From the NCBI GenBank assembly GCA_965220805.1, contig OZ244844.1, positions 2,189,516 to 2,253,515 of the forward strand: a DNA stretch of 64,000 nucleotides, given 5' to 3'. Of this stretch, positions 50,905 to 60,706 are shown piece by piece. Within the stretch, counting starts at the first letter, position 1. Each line of letters opens with the position of its first letter. Under the pieces are notes generated by a model. That model searched no databases and was not told the DNA's origin. It worked only from the letters and a program-made list of their open reading frames with translations. Source of the DNA: Alphaproteobacteria bacterium. Its GTDB lineage: Bacteria > Pseudomonadota > Alphaproteobacteria > SP197. The position numbers and the translations under genes are program-made.

Positions 50905-52173
50905 CTAATCCTCGAACGCCACCACCCCGACCTCCTCGATCCGTTCGTCTGCGGTAAAGCGCCAGATACCGATATGGCCACGTTGCAGATCGCCGTTCGT
51001 GTCCCAGTCCATGCTTCCGGAGGCTCCTTCGTAATCTATCTCCCCGCCGTCGGCGAGAATGCGAAGCGCGTCAGCGACGCCCACCGGTCCGGCAATGACG
51101 ACGCTGCCGGGTGAACTGCCGACTTGCCGCAGCCGATCACGGATTGCGGCACCGTCCAACCGGCCCGAGGCCTGCGCGGCGAGTGCCAGGGCAATCGTGG
51201 CGTCGTAGGCCTCCTTGACGTAGGCGAGCACCGGCAGCGCGCCGTGCTCGGCGACATAGGCCGTCTCCCATGCCACAGAAGCGGCGCTCTCCGGGGGTGA
51301 CGCGGGACCGGTGCCATACATGCCGCCGAGACGGTCCCCGCCCAGGGAGCGGACCAGGTTCGCCTGCTTGGTGCCGTCGCTGAAGACAAAATCGTCGTAA
51401 AAGCCGTTGTCGATCGCCTCGCGAACCATGGTCAAGGCCGCCACCCCGGAGACGATCACCACAAGGGCCTGCGCGTCGCGGCTCGCGGATTCTCGCAGCT
51501 CGGTCAGGAAGGCAGTCTGGCCGGTGTCCACCGGGATGGCCTTGACCCGACCGTCCCAGGCCGCTTCGAAGGCGTCGGCAAGACCCCGCCCCCAGGGGTC
51601 GTCGACATACAGCAGGCCGACATTGTCGAAACCCCGCTCGCGCGCCACTCGGGCGAGCACAGGTCCCTGGGAAACATCGGACAGCGCGGTGCGAAACAGG
51701 TAATCATGGTCGGCGGCGCCGGTCAGTTCCGGCGACGTTGCCGAGAAGCTGACGGTGGGGATGCCGGCCGGGCCGATCACCCGTTCCGCAATCGGCAGCG
51801 CATGAGCGCTGGCATTGGGGCCGACAATGGCATGCACACCCTCCGCTTCGACGAGACGGCGTGCCTCTGCGACCGCCCTCTCCGGATCCGCCGTGGTGTC
51901 GCCGACCACGGTGGCTACGGGCAAACCGAACACGCCACCTCCTTCGTTGACATGCTTGATCGCGAGCTCGAATGCCCTCTGCCTTGCCCTCAGGACCTCG
52001 GTCGAACCACTGGCGAAGTCCATCAGCAATCCGATCTTGAGCGCAGCGGTCTCGTTCGCGCCGGCAACGTTCGGTGCCGCAGCGGCCCCGGTCAGCAACA
52101 TGCCCGCCGCAACCAGCATCATCCTGATCACACGCGCCCGGAGAAACACGTCGTCATACAGTCCGCGAATCAT
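50905..52173 (-). CDS. ABC transporter substrate-binding protein, Leu/Ile/Val-binding (type I PBP) family
   Basis: Signal peptide then LKIGLLMDFSG...AIVGPNASA, typical of LivJ/K-like proteins. ATG at 52173 is preferred (GGAGG 9 nt upstream). The track ORF's long N-terminal extension is not credible. Confidence 0.75.
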   Translation of the reverse strand: MIRGLYDDVFLRARVIRMMLVAAGMLLTGAAAAPNVAGANETAALKIGLLMDFASGSTEVLRARQRAFELAIKHVNEGGGVFGLPVATVVGDTTADPERAVAEARRLVEAEGVHAIVGPNASAHALPIAERVIGPAGIPTVSFSATSPELTGAADHDYLFRTALSDVSQGPVLARVARERGFDNVGLLYVDDPWGRGLADAFEAAWDGRVKAIPVDTGQTAFLTELRESASRDAQALVVIVSGVAALTMVREAIDNGFYDDFVFSDGTKQANLVRSLGGDRLGGMYGTGPASPPESAASVAWETAYVAEHGALPVLAYVKEAYDATIALALAAQASGRLDGAAIRDRLRQVGSSPGSVVIAGPVGVADALRILADGGEIDYEGASGSMDWDTNGDLQRGHIGIWRFTADERIEEVGVVAFED

Positions 52174-52507
52174 CGAGTTCATCCTCCGCTTCGACGCGCA
52201 ACTGCGGCAACCGGGGCACCCGCAGCTCCCCGCCGGATCGATGGTACATCCGTGGCCGGACAAAATCTCGCCGACACGGACGATCAACGTGCGCCTTGCG
52301 ACGGACGCGCGGCGTCCTGCACACCCGCCAGGTGGCCATGATCCCCGGAGCGCGAAGGCTGCGAGCAAGATGATCTCGCTCCAAGTGCCCGATCTTGTGC
52401 AAGCCAACATCCCCGCTGACGCTGAGCCCGGAGGAACGGACCGGGCTGCGCGGCGGCGCCAGCTCGACTTCGCGGCCGGCGAGACGCGAAGAACGGAATG
52501 TGTAGCC

Positions 52508-52517
52508 GGGGGGGGGG
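52508..52517. repeat. G10 homopolymeric tract in the divergent promoter region between the Liv-type SBP gene and phoX
   Basis: Seen directly: gccGGGGGGGGGGaacc. Confidence 0.9.
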
Positions 52518-52652
52518 AACCACTGTACGCTGACATCGGTTGCAAATGCGGGACAGACATCTGAATCGGACGAACTGACACAAGAATCGAAATCAAGCGC
52601 CAGGTCTGACCCCGGTCAGGAACCAATCACTCGCAAACAGGGAGTTTTCGCC

Positions 52653-54596
52653 ATGACGAAACGCACCAAATCCAGCAGACAGGACTTGAATGATCTTACG
52701 TCTCAGCCCGATTTTGCCAGGATCCTGAAAGCACGTCTCTCGCGGCGCACCGTTCTTCACGGTGCTGCCGGAACGTCGGCGGTCGTCGCCATGGGCGCGG
52801 CGGGTTCCGTCTTCAGCCCGCCGGCGTCCGCCGGAGCCGGTAGCGCGTTCGACTTCGATGAGGTCGAACGGATCTACGATGAGACACACCATGTCGCCAA
52901 CGGATACCATGCGAGCATTCTGCTGCGCTGGGGCGACCCCATCATGGCCGGGGCATCGGATTTTGATCCCGACAACCAGAGCAGGCAAACCCAGTCCGGA
53001 CAGTTCGGGTACAACTGCGATTTCACCGCCTTCATGCCACTCCCCTTCGGTTCCGACAGTTCCGAACACGGCCTCCTGTGTGTCAACAACGAGTATCCGG
53101 ACCCCCACATCTCGATTCCCGGATGGGTCGGTGAAGCCTGGGCATCGAGTCCCGACTTGACCGCGGAGCAGGTCGATACCTTGATGGCCGCGACGGGGCA
53201 TTCGGTTGTTGAAATCAAGAAGACCGACGGCGAATGGCGGGTTGTAACCGACTCCGAATACAATCGCCGCCTCGACCTGTTCACCGAGATGGTCATGTCC
53301 GGTCCCGCTGCCGGACACGCCCTTGTCAAGACCTCACAGGACCCTGCCGGCACAAAGCCCGTTGGGACCCATACAAACTGCAGCGGAGGCGTGACGCCTT
53401 GGGGAACCATTCTCACTTGCGAGGAATGGGCCTACTACGACTTTGGCGGAGACCCAGCAAAGACGGATCAGGAAGAGAGTCTGACGCGAATGGGTGCTTC
53501 CGGCCATGACGGGCTGGGCCTGGCTCGCTATCACTCCCGTTTCGACGTCGAACAGGAACCGAACGAGATGAACCGCTTCCACTGGGTGGTCGAATTCGAT
53601 CCCTATGACCCCCAGTCGGTTCCCGTCAAACGCTCCGCCCTCGGCCGGTTCGGCCACGAAGGGGCGCAGACGGCGGTCAGTTCCGACGGGCGTCTCGTCG
53701 TGTATTCGGGTGATGACGCCCGATTCGAGTATCTCTTCCGTTTCGTCTCGCGCGACAAGGTCGACATGAACGACCGGGCCGCGAACAAGGATTTGCTCGA
53801 TCACGGCGTTCTTTCGGTGGCAAGGTTTGACGAGGACGGCACAATGTCCTGGCTGCCATTGGTCCACGGAGAAGGACCGCTGACGCCCGAAAACGGTTTT
53901 GCCGACCAGGGCGAGGTGCTCGTCAAAGCCCGGTTTGCCGCTGATGCGCTCGGCGCCACCACGATGGATCGACCGGAAGATTTCGAGGTCAACCCGGCAA
54001 CCGGTCGCGTCTACGTCGTGTTGACCAAGAACAAGAAGCGCCGTGCCGACAACCTGAATGTTGTCAATACCCGCGAGGAGAATCGCCAGGGTCATATCGT
54101 GGAACTGATTCCGCCGGGCTCGGGCGATGGCTCGAATGTCGACCATGCTGCCGACCGTTTTGAATGGGACATTCTGGTGTTGTGTGGCGACCCGTCGAAG
54201 CCGGAACAGAGGGCCAGATTCCATCCCGAAACCTCGGGCAACGGTTGGTTCTCGACACCAGACAACATCGCCTTCGACCCGCAGGGACGGTTGTGGATCG
54301 GGACCGACGGCATGAACAGTCTCGGTCTGGCAGACGGCTTGTTTGCCGTGGATCTGGACGGACCCGCTCGTGGCAAGGCGCAGGCCTTCTATGCCTGTCC
54401 GATGGGTGCCGAATGCACCGGACCGAGTTTCACGCCCGACGGCCGGACGTTGTTCATCGCCGTTCAGCACCCGGGCGAGGATTCGGAGAGCTACGACACT
54501 CTGACGACCCGCTGGCCGGACTTCGATGACGCCCTGCCACCGCGACCCTCGGTCGTGGTCGTCACACGCGACGACGGTGGCGTGGTTGGCGGTTAG
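52653..54596 (+). CDS. PhoX-family alkaline phosphatase (DUF839, TAT-secreted beta-propeller phosphatase)
   Basis: TAT leader SRRTVLHGAAG, 647 aa, with repeated propeller-like DG/GRLW blades and PhoX-like NNEY and IAFDPQGRLWIGTDG motifs. Confidence 0.6.
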   Translation: MTKRTKSSRQDLNDLTSQPDFARILKARLSRRTVLHGAAGTSAVVAMGAAGSVFSPPASAGAGSAFDFDEVERIYDETHHVANGYHASILLRWGDPIMAGASDFDPDNQSRQTQSGQFGYNCDFTAFMPLPFGSDSSEHGLLCVNNEYPDPHISIPGWVGEAWASSPDLTAEQVDTLMAATGHSVVEIKKTDGEWRVVTDSEYNRRLDLFTEMVMSGPAAGHALVKTSQDPAGTKPVGTHTNCSGGVTPWGTILTCEEWAYYDFGGDPAKTDQEESLTRMGASGHDGLGLARYHSRFDVEQEPNEMNRFHWVVEFDPYDPQSVPVKRSALGRFGHEGAQTAVSSDGRLVVYSGDDARFEYLFRFVSRDKVDMNDRAANKDLLDHGVLSVARFDEDGTMSWLPLVHGEGPLTPENGFADQGEVLVKARFAADALGATTMDRPEDFEVNPATGRVYVVLTKNKKRRADNLNVVNTREENRQGHIVELIPPGSGDGSNVDHAADRFEWDILVLCGDPSKPEQRARFHPETSGNGWFSTPDNIAFDPQGRLWIGTDGMNSLGLADGLFAVDLDGPARGKAQAFYACPMGAECTGPSFTPDGRTLFIAVQHPGEDSESYDTLTTRWPDFDDALPPRPSVVVVTRDDGGVVGG

Positions 54597-54774
54597 AGCC
54601 CACTGAACCAACCGGCCGGGCAAGAGCGCTGCTTCTGCCCGGCCGGGTTGCACGCCCCGTGTGCGATCTTGGCGTCCGGTCGGCTTGCGAACGTTCGCAA
54701 GGGATGATGCGCGTGTCGTTCGGGGCGCCTGCTCCGCCCCGCCAGGCGGCCGGACACAGGAGGGCCGACCGCGC

Positions 54775-54978
54775 ATGGCGCAGACTACTCATGACTTCCG
54801 GCAAGTCGTCTGCCGGTTGTTCTCCTGCAACCGGGCGATGGCGCGCGAGTTCGCGGCCACGTGTCGCTTCTTCAAGCGGCGGATCCAGGACTCGGTGAGG
54901 CTCCCGGACACCGTCCGCATCCGGGACGAGTTGCTGCAGGTCCCCATGTTCTGGCTGATGCGGCTTCGCCACCCGTGA
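54775..54978 (+). CDS. small basic hypothetical protein (67 aa)
   Basis: ATG is preceded by AGGAGGG at -10. Composition is Arg/Cys-rich and no family is recognised. Speculative. Confidence 0.25.
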   Translation: MAQTTHDFRQVVCRLFSCNRAMAREFAATCRFFKRRIQDSVRLPDTVRIRDELLQVPMFWLMRLRHP

Positions 54979-55130
54979 GGGAGCCTGGCGATACGACACC
55001 GAGTTCCGGGCATTGATGGACGTATGAAGGGAGACGGCCAGACCACTGCGAGGACGGCGCCGGCTTCGGCGCGCGGTCAGGGACATTGGTGGCATTTCGC
55101 AGGAAAAACGCGCTATAACAGTCTTGTATA

Positions 55131-55206
55131 TGGCGTCCCCAAGGGGACTCGAACCCCTGTTTTCGGCGTGAGAGGCCGATGTCCTAGGCCGCTAGACGAT
55201 GGGGAC
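55131..55206 (-). tRNA. tRNA-Glu (anticodon CUC)
   Basis: The reverse complement folds as a canonical cloverleaf: acceptor GUCCCCA/UGGGGAC, anticodon loop CUCUCAC, T-loop UUCGAGU, and encoded CCA. Confidence 0.9.
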
Positions 55207-55322
55207 CCAGTAAGCGCAACCTAGATCGGGGCCATTATCCTGTCAACGTTCCCGGGTAGGTTGTATTCCATGATGGCGTGGTGAATCATCGACGGCCGGA
55301 ACACGTCAATGTCGCCCTCTGC

Positions 55323-56657
55323 ATGAAGACTTCAGTGCCTTTCGATGGATACCGGCGCACCGGACCGGGAGGCCATGACGAGCTGCTGGTTCGCGTCGGT
55401 CCGGGAACGCCGGCCGGCGAATACCTGCGCCGCTACTGGCACCCTGTGGCCATGGCCGAGGAGGTCGGGCGCATGCCAGGGCGCATACGCGTTCTCGGTG
55501 AGGACCTCGTACTCTTTCGCGACAGGAGCGGACGTTACGGGCTGGTCCACCGGAACTGCCCGCATCGCCGTGCCTCCCTGGAGTTCGGTGTCTGCGAGGA
55601 TCGCGGCATCCGGTGCTGCTACCACGGCTGGCTCTTCGATGTCGACGGGACCATCCTGGAAGTGCCCGGCCAGCCGGACGGCGTGGAGGAACGAATCCGG
55701 TCCTCGACCCGGCTCGGCGCCTATCCGGTGCGAGAGTACAAGGGGCTGGTCTTCGCCTATCTCGGCCCTCCCGAACACATGCCGGACTTTCCCGTCTACG
55801 ACACCCTGGAGATGCCGGGACACGTCATGGTGCCCTACCGGGCTCCCTTCCACTGCAACTGGCTGCAGGTTCTCGACGCCATTCTCGACCCGCTCCACAC
55901 CGCCTTCCTTCATTCCCGCATGAGCCGCGAGCAGTTCAGCCAGGGGTTCGGCGAAGTTGGCGAGATGAAGTTCTACGAGAGGCCTTCAGGATTTCTCGGA
56001 ACGGCGACGAGGCGGGTCGATGACAATGTCTGGGTCCGCGTCAATGAACTCGTCCTGCCGAACTTCACCCAGGCCGGAGCGGCGTTTGCCGCCGACGGCA
56101 CGCGTCAACGCTATTTCGGGCGCACGTCCTTCGCGCGCTGGGTGGTGCCGGTGGATGACCACGAGACCACCTGTCTTGCCTGGGCAATCTTCGGCGAGCG
56201 CGGTGATCCGGAGAGCTACAATGAACCAGGGGGACCGGAACTCATCGAACAGGGAGAGTTGTTTGACAGGCCGTACGAGGAACGCCAGCGTTTTCCGGCG
56301 GATGCCGAGGCCACCGAGGGCATGGGCGCGATTACCGAACATGACCGTGAAAACCTTGTTCCCAGCGACCGCGGCATCACCCTCTGTCGCCGCCGCATGC
56401 GCAACATCATCGCCGCCCTCCAGGAGGGCGACGAGCCGATGCATGTCACCTCCATGTGGCCCTCAACGGTGCCCACCTACGGCGGAGACACGGTTCTCCG
56501 CCTCCCGGCCAACGGCGATGACCAGGCGTTCCTGCGGCGTGCCGGCATGGCGGTAATGGAACTCCAGTTCGCCGCCGAACCGCTGGCGCCCGACGAGCGG
56601 GACGCTCATGTCATCGCCGCCCTGAAGGACCTGGAAGCGAACGGGCTGCCGGCATGA
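55323..56657 (+). CDS. Rieske [2Fe-2S] non-haem iron oxygenase, catalytic alpha-type subunit
   Basis: Rieske motif CPHRRASL...CCYHGW, and mononuclear iron motif NWLQVLDAILDPLHTAFLH (D-x2-H-x4-H). ATG at 55323. Confidence 0.8.
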   Translation: MKTSVPFDGYRRTGPGGHDELLVRVGPGTPAGEYLRRYWHPVAMAEEVGRMPGRIRVLGEDLVLFRDRSGRYGLVHRNCPHRRASLEFGVCEDRGIRCCYHGWLFDVDGTILEVPGQPDGVEERIRSSTRLGAYPVREYKGLVFAYLGPPEHMPDFPVYDTLEMPGHVMVPYRAPFHCNWLQVLDAILDPLHTAFLHSRMSREQFSQGFGEVGEMKFYERPSGFLGTATRRVDDNVWVRVNELVLPNFTQAGAAFAADGTRQRYFGRTSFARWVVPVDDHETTCLAWAIFGERGDPESYNEPGGPELIEQGELFDRPYEERQRFPADAEATEGMGAITEHDRENLVPSDRGITLCRRRMRNIIAALQEGDEPMHVTSMWPSTVPTYGGDTVLRLPANGDDQAFLRRAGMAVMELQFAAEPLAPDERDAHVIAALKDLEANGLPA

Positions 56658-57670
56658 CGATCCGGGTTCACGTCAAGAACAACCACGCCCATCCCGATAC
56701 CTTTCCGCCAACACCTGAGGCGGAACCGGTCTTCACCACGACGAGAGAGCGCTATGACGCGGTGCTGGAGTCGTGGCCTGACCTGAAACACAGGCTCTTG
56801 ACCACGATCGACTGGGATACCGAGAACTTCGCCGAGGCGATGAGGACGGCCGAGGTCCTGATGTGCTGGGACCTGCCGACGGAGAACCTCGCGGTCGTGG
56901 CGCCCAACCTCAAGTGGATCCACATCATCGGTGCCGGCGTGGAGCATCTCTGTCCCATGGACTGGGTTCCGGAAGGCGTGGTGGTTACCAACAACAAGGG
57001 CGCCCAGGCAATCAAGGCGGGGGATTTTGCCCTCATGGCCGTTCTCATGCTGCACTCCCGCATCCCGGCCATCGTCACCAACCAGCGCCGCAAGGTCTGG
57101 AACTCGCTCTATGCGACACCGGTGGAGGGGACGACGGTGCTCATCGTCGGCGTTGGCAGCCTCGGGGGTGGGGCCGCCGACCGCCTGCATGGGGCCGGAT
57201 TGAGGGTTTTTGGAATCAGCCGTCACGGAAAACCCCGTCCCTCGGTGGAAAGGATGGGAACGCCTGGAGACCTCGACACCTTCCTTCCCGAGGCTGACCA
57301 TGTGCTGGTGTGCGTTCCTGCCACGCCCGAGACCGCCGGACTCATCGACCGCAACCGCCTTCGGGCCCTGAAACCGGGCGCCGGCCTCATCAACATCGGT
57401 CGCGCCGCCACGGTGGACTATGACGCGGTCGTCGAACTGCTGGAGAGCGGTCATCTTTCGGGCGCCATTCTCGATGTCTTCGATCCCGAACCCCTGCCGG
57501 CGGACTCCCCGCTCTGGACGACACCCAACCTGTTGGTGATGCCCCACATCTCCGCCGACGATGGCGAGACCTATGTCGAGACGACACTCTCCATCTTCTT
57601 CGACAACATGCGCCGGTTCATGGCCGGCGAAGGGCTTCGCAATGTCGTGCGGCCTGAACTCGGTTACTGA
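56654..57670 (+). CDS. D-isomer-specific 2-hydroxyacid dehydrogenase family protein (NAD-binding)
   Basis: GxGxxG-like VLIVGVGSLGG, a catalytic-triad region near MPHIS, and an ATGA overlap with the oxygenase stop. Confidence 0.8.
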   Translation: MTIRVHVKNNHAHPDTFPPTPEAEPVFTTTRERYDAVLESWPDLKHRLLTTIDWDTENFAEAMRTAEVLMCWDLPTENLAVVAPNLKWIHIIGAGVEHLCPMDWVPEGVVVTNNKGAQAIKAGDFALMAVLMLHSRIPAIVTNQRRKVWNSLYATPVEGTTVLIVGVGSLGGGAADRLHGAGLRVFGISRHGKPRPSVERMGTPGDLDTFLPEADHVLVCVPATPETAGLIDRNRLRALKPGAGLINIGRAATVDYDAVVELLESGHLSGAILDVFDPEPLPADSPLWTTPNLLVMPHISADDGETYVETTLSIFFDNMRRFMAGEGLRNVVRPELGY

Positions 57671-57679
57671 GGGAGCCCG

Positions 57680-58810
57680 ATGATCGCCGACCCGGACTTC
57701 ACCATCGGCATCGAGGAGGAGTACCACCTCGTCGATGTTTCCAGCGGAGCACTCGCCGGCGATGTGCCGGAGACATTGATCGGCGAATGTGTCGATGAAC
57801 TCGGCGAGCAGGTGACGACGGAATTCCTGCGTGCACAGGTGGAGATCGGCACGAAGGTGTGCCGTCACATCGGTGATGCGCGCGAGGAACTCAAGCGCCT
57901 GAGAAGCGGAGTGGCGCGGATCGCCGGGCGTCATGGTCTGGCTCCCGTTGCCTGTTCGACGCACCCTTTCGGCGACTGGCGCGAACAGGACTATACCCAC
58001 AAGGAGCGCTACGAGGGCCTGGCGCGGGACCACCAGGCGGTGGCGCGCAGGCTGCTGATTTGCGGCATGCATGTTCACATCGGAATCGATGACGCGGAGA
58101 CCCGCATCGACCTGATGAACCAGGCAAAGTACTTCCTGCCACACCTTCTGTGCCTCACCACGTCGTCGCCCTTCTGGCAGGGCCGCGATACAGGTCTCAG
58201 TTCCTACCGCCTCACCGTGTTCGACAGCCTGCCCCGCACAGGTCTTCCCGACAGGCTGCAGAGCTGGTCCGAGTACGAGCGTCTGGTCCGGCACATGACG
58301 AGTTCCGGACTCCTTGAAGACGGCACCAAGATCTGGTGGGACCTGCGTCCCAGCGCGCGGTTCCCGACACTGGAGATGCGCATCTGCGACGTCTGTCCCG
58401 ATATCGACGACGCTCTCGCCGTGGCCGCACTTTTCCAGTGCATTCTGCGCATGCTCTTCCGCCTGCGCCTGGCGAACCAGGCGTGGCGTGAGTACTCCAA
58501 CATCCTGGTCGAGGAGAACCGCTGGCTGGCACAGCGTTTTGGCGTGCGCAGCGAACTGGTGGATTTCGGCAAGCGACAGCTGGTTCCCTACGGAGAACTC
58601 CTCGATGAACTGATCGGACTGGTGGGCGAAGATGCCGATGCCCTCGGTTGCCGGGCCGAGGTTGAACACACCCGCACGATCGCCGCCAGGGGAACGTCGG
58701 CGGAACGCCAGCGATCGGTCTTCCACGAGGCCGGCGGCGACGCCGGGAGCGAGGCGGCTCTCACGGCGGTGGTCAGGGATCTCCTGGAACAGACATTGGC
58801 TGGCACTTGA
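57680..58810 (+). CDS. YbdK-type carboxylate-amine ligase (glutamate-cysteine ligase family 2)
   Basis: The N-terminus GIEEEYHLVD, plus ...CGMHVHIGI... and WWDLRP...PTLEMRICD, are hallmark GCS2/YbdK motifs. Confidence 0.85.
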   Translation: MIADPDFTIGIEEEYHLVDVSSGALAGDVPETLIGECVDELGEQVTTEFLRAQVEIGTKVCRHIGDAREELKRLRSGVARIAGRHGLAPVACSTHPFGDWREQDYTHKERYEGLARDHQAVARRLLICGMHVHIGIDDAETRIDLMNQAKYFLPHLLCLTTSSPFWQGRDTGLSSYRLTVFDSLPRTGLPDRLQSWSEYERLVRHMTSSGLLEDGTKIWWDLRPSARFPTLEMRICDVCPDIDDALAVAALFQCILRMLFRLRLANQAWREYSNILVEENRWLAQRFGVRSELVDFGKRQLVPYGELLDELIGLVGEDADALGCRAEVEHTRTIAARGTSAERQRSVFHEAGGDAGSEAALTAVVRDLLEQTLAGT

Positions 58811-58844
58811 CGTTGCTGCCGGTCAAGGCCAAGAAGGCGTTGTA

Positions 58845-58921
<77 letters not shown>

Positions 58922-58951
58922 CCTCATGACCGCCTTTTTGGAGGAGGCGCG

Positions 58952-59251
58952 ATGACCGCCAGAATCTACTGTCCGGCCAAGACGGCCATGCAGTCCGGGC
59001 GGGCCGGAACCCGCCGCTGGCTTCTCGAGTACGTCCCGTCTGCAGCGAAGCCGGTCGACTCGCTTACCGGCTGGACGGGATCGTCCGACATGATGGCCGA
59101 CGAGATCAGGCTGTGGTTCGAGAGTCGCGATGCGGCTGTGGCCTATGCAGAGCGCCATGGCATCAGGTACAGCGTAATCGAACGACGCACGAGAAGGATC
59201 AAGCCGAAGTCCTATGCCGACAACTTCCGCTGGGAGAGACCGGGCAGTTGA
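58952..59251 (+). CDS. NDUFS4-like 'ETC complex I subunit conserved region' protein
   Basis: 99 aa. I recognise it from memory as the alphaproteobacterial NDUFS4-family small protein. Confidence 0.55.
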   Translation: MTARIYCPAKTAMQSGRAGTRRWLLEYVPSAAKPVDSLTGWTGSSDMMADEIRLWFESRDAAVAYAERHGIRYSVIERRTRRIKPKSYADNFRWERPGS

Positions 59252-59316
59252 CGGCCCGGCACTGCCAACGGTCCGAATCACGTGCGGGTCCGTTGACGGA
59301 CCCGCTGCCATCGCGA

Positions 59317-59392
59317 GCGCCCTTAGCTCAGTGGATAGAGCAACGGCCTTCTAAGCCGTAGGTCCCAGGTTCGAATCCTGGAGGGCGCGCCA
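59317..59392 (+). tRNA. tRNA-Arg (anticodon UCU)
   Basis: Cloverleaf with acceptor GCGCCCU/AGGGCGC, anticodon stem ACGGC/GCCGU, loop CUUCUAA, T-loop UUCGAAU, and encoded CCA. Confidence 0.9.
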
Positions 59393-59430
59393 CATCTGCT
59401 CGTCGAGGGCAGCACGGGAGACCGGACATC

Positions 59431-60672
59431 ATGACCTCTACTCGCATTTCGGCGGCCGAGGCCGTGCAGCGCGGCGCCATGGAAGGCAGCAAGGCGCCAG
59501 TCGATCTCGACAAGGTCCGGCGCGACCGCCTTGCCAACGTTCACCGCCAGCTCTCCCGCAGTGATCTCGCTGGTGTCCTGCTCTTTGATCAGCTCAATGT
59601 GCGCTATGCCATCGATGCGACCAACATGCAGGTGTGGTGCCTCCACAACGAGGTTCGCTACTGTTTCGTGGCCACGGACGGACCGGTCATTCTCTTCGAA
59701 TTCGGTCATAGCGACCATCTCACCCGCGGGTATCCGGGAATCAGCGAGCGGCGGCCGGCACGGGCGGCAACATACTTCACATCCGGCAACCGGGTAGACG
59801 AACATGCCCGGGAGTTCGCCCGGGAGATCGCCGACGTGGTGCGCGAGCACGGGGCCGGCAACAGGCGAATCGGCATCGACCGCATGGGCGCCGATCTCTA
59901 TCACGCCCTGGTGAACGAGAATCTCGACATTCATGACGGCTTCGCGCTGATGGAGGAGGCACGCAAGATCAAGACGCCGGAAGAGATCGTCCTGATGCGT
60001 TGCGCCATCAAGGCATCGGAGAAGGGAATCCGGGCGATGCGCGAGAATCTGCGGCCCGGCATTACCGAAAACGCCCTGTGGTCGAAGCTCCACGAGGCCA
60101 ACATCGCCGAAGGCGGCGAGTGGATCGAGACCCGCCTGCTGTCGTCGGGACCGCGCACCAACCCCTGGATGCAGGAGTGCTCCATGAGGGTGATCGAGAA
60201 GGGCGACATGGTGAGCTTCGATACCGATCTCGTGGGACCCTACGGCTACTGTTCGGATATCTCGCGGGCGTGGATCTGCGATGCCCGTCCCACCAACGAA
60301 CAGCGGCGACTCTACATGGCCGCCATGGAACAGCTCGAACACAACAAGGAGTTGCTGAAACCGGGGCTGTCGTTCCAGGAGTGGGCCGAGAAATCATGGC
60401 CCATCCCCGATGAATTCCTGGCCGTCCGGTACGGGATCGTTGCCCACGGCGTCGGTCTGGTCGACGAGTATCCGGTAATCTGCCAACGGGAGGATTTCGC
60501 CGAGCGCGGCTATGACGGCATCATCCACCCGGGCATGGTGCTCTGCGTCGAATCCCTTGTCGGCACCGAAGGTGGGCGCGAGGCAGTCAAGCTCGAACAG
60601 CAACTGCTCGTCACCGAAACGGGATACGAACGCCTGGATACCTACCCCATGGATGAGACCTGGACGTCCTGA
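59431..60672 (+). CDS. M24-family metalloenzyme (creatinase / Xaa-Pro aminopeptidase-like; could equally be a DoeA- or DddP-like hydrolase/lyase)
   Basis: 413 aa with a creatinase_N-like N-domain plus a pita-bread C-domain (HGVGL...E...E metal ligand pattern). Confidence 0.65.
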   Translation: MTSTRISAAEAVQRGAMEGSKAPVDLDKVRRDRLANVHRQLSRSDLAGVLLFDQLNVRYAIDATNMQVWCLHNEVRYCFVATDGPVILFEFGHSDHLTRGYPGISERRPARAATYFTSGNRVDEHAREFAREIADVVREHGAGNRRIGIDRMGADLYHALVNENLDIHDGFALMEEARKIKTPEEIVLMRCAIKASEKGIRAMRENLRPGITENALWSKLHEANIAEGGEWIETRLLSSGPRTNPWMQECSMRVIEKGDMVSFDTDLVGPYGYCSDISRAWICDARPTNEQRRLYMAAMEQLEHNKELLKPGLSFQEWAEKSWPIPDEFLAVRYGIVAHGVGLVDEYPVICQREDFAERGYDGIIHPGMVLCVESLVGTEGGREAVKLEQQLLVTETGYERLDTYPMDETWTS

Positions 60673-60706
60673 CCGCTCACGGGTCTGGCGTGGCTCCGGA
60701 GGTGAC

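Noticed and set aside
59317-59392. A possible amber-suppressor tRNA (anticodon read as CUA)
   Set aside because: Re-folding shows the anticodon stem is ACGGC/GCCGU with loop CUUCUAA, so positions 34-36 are UCU. It is an ordinary tRNA-Arg.
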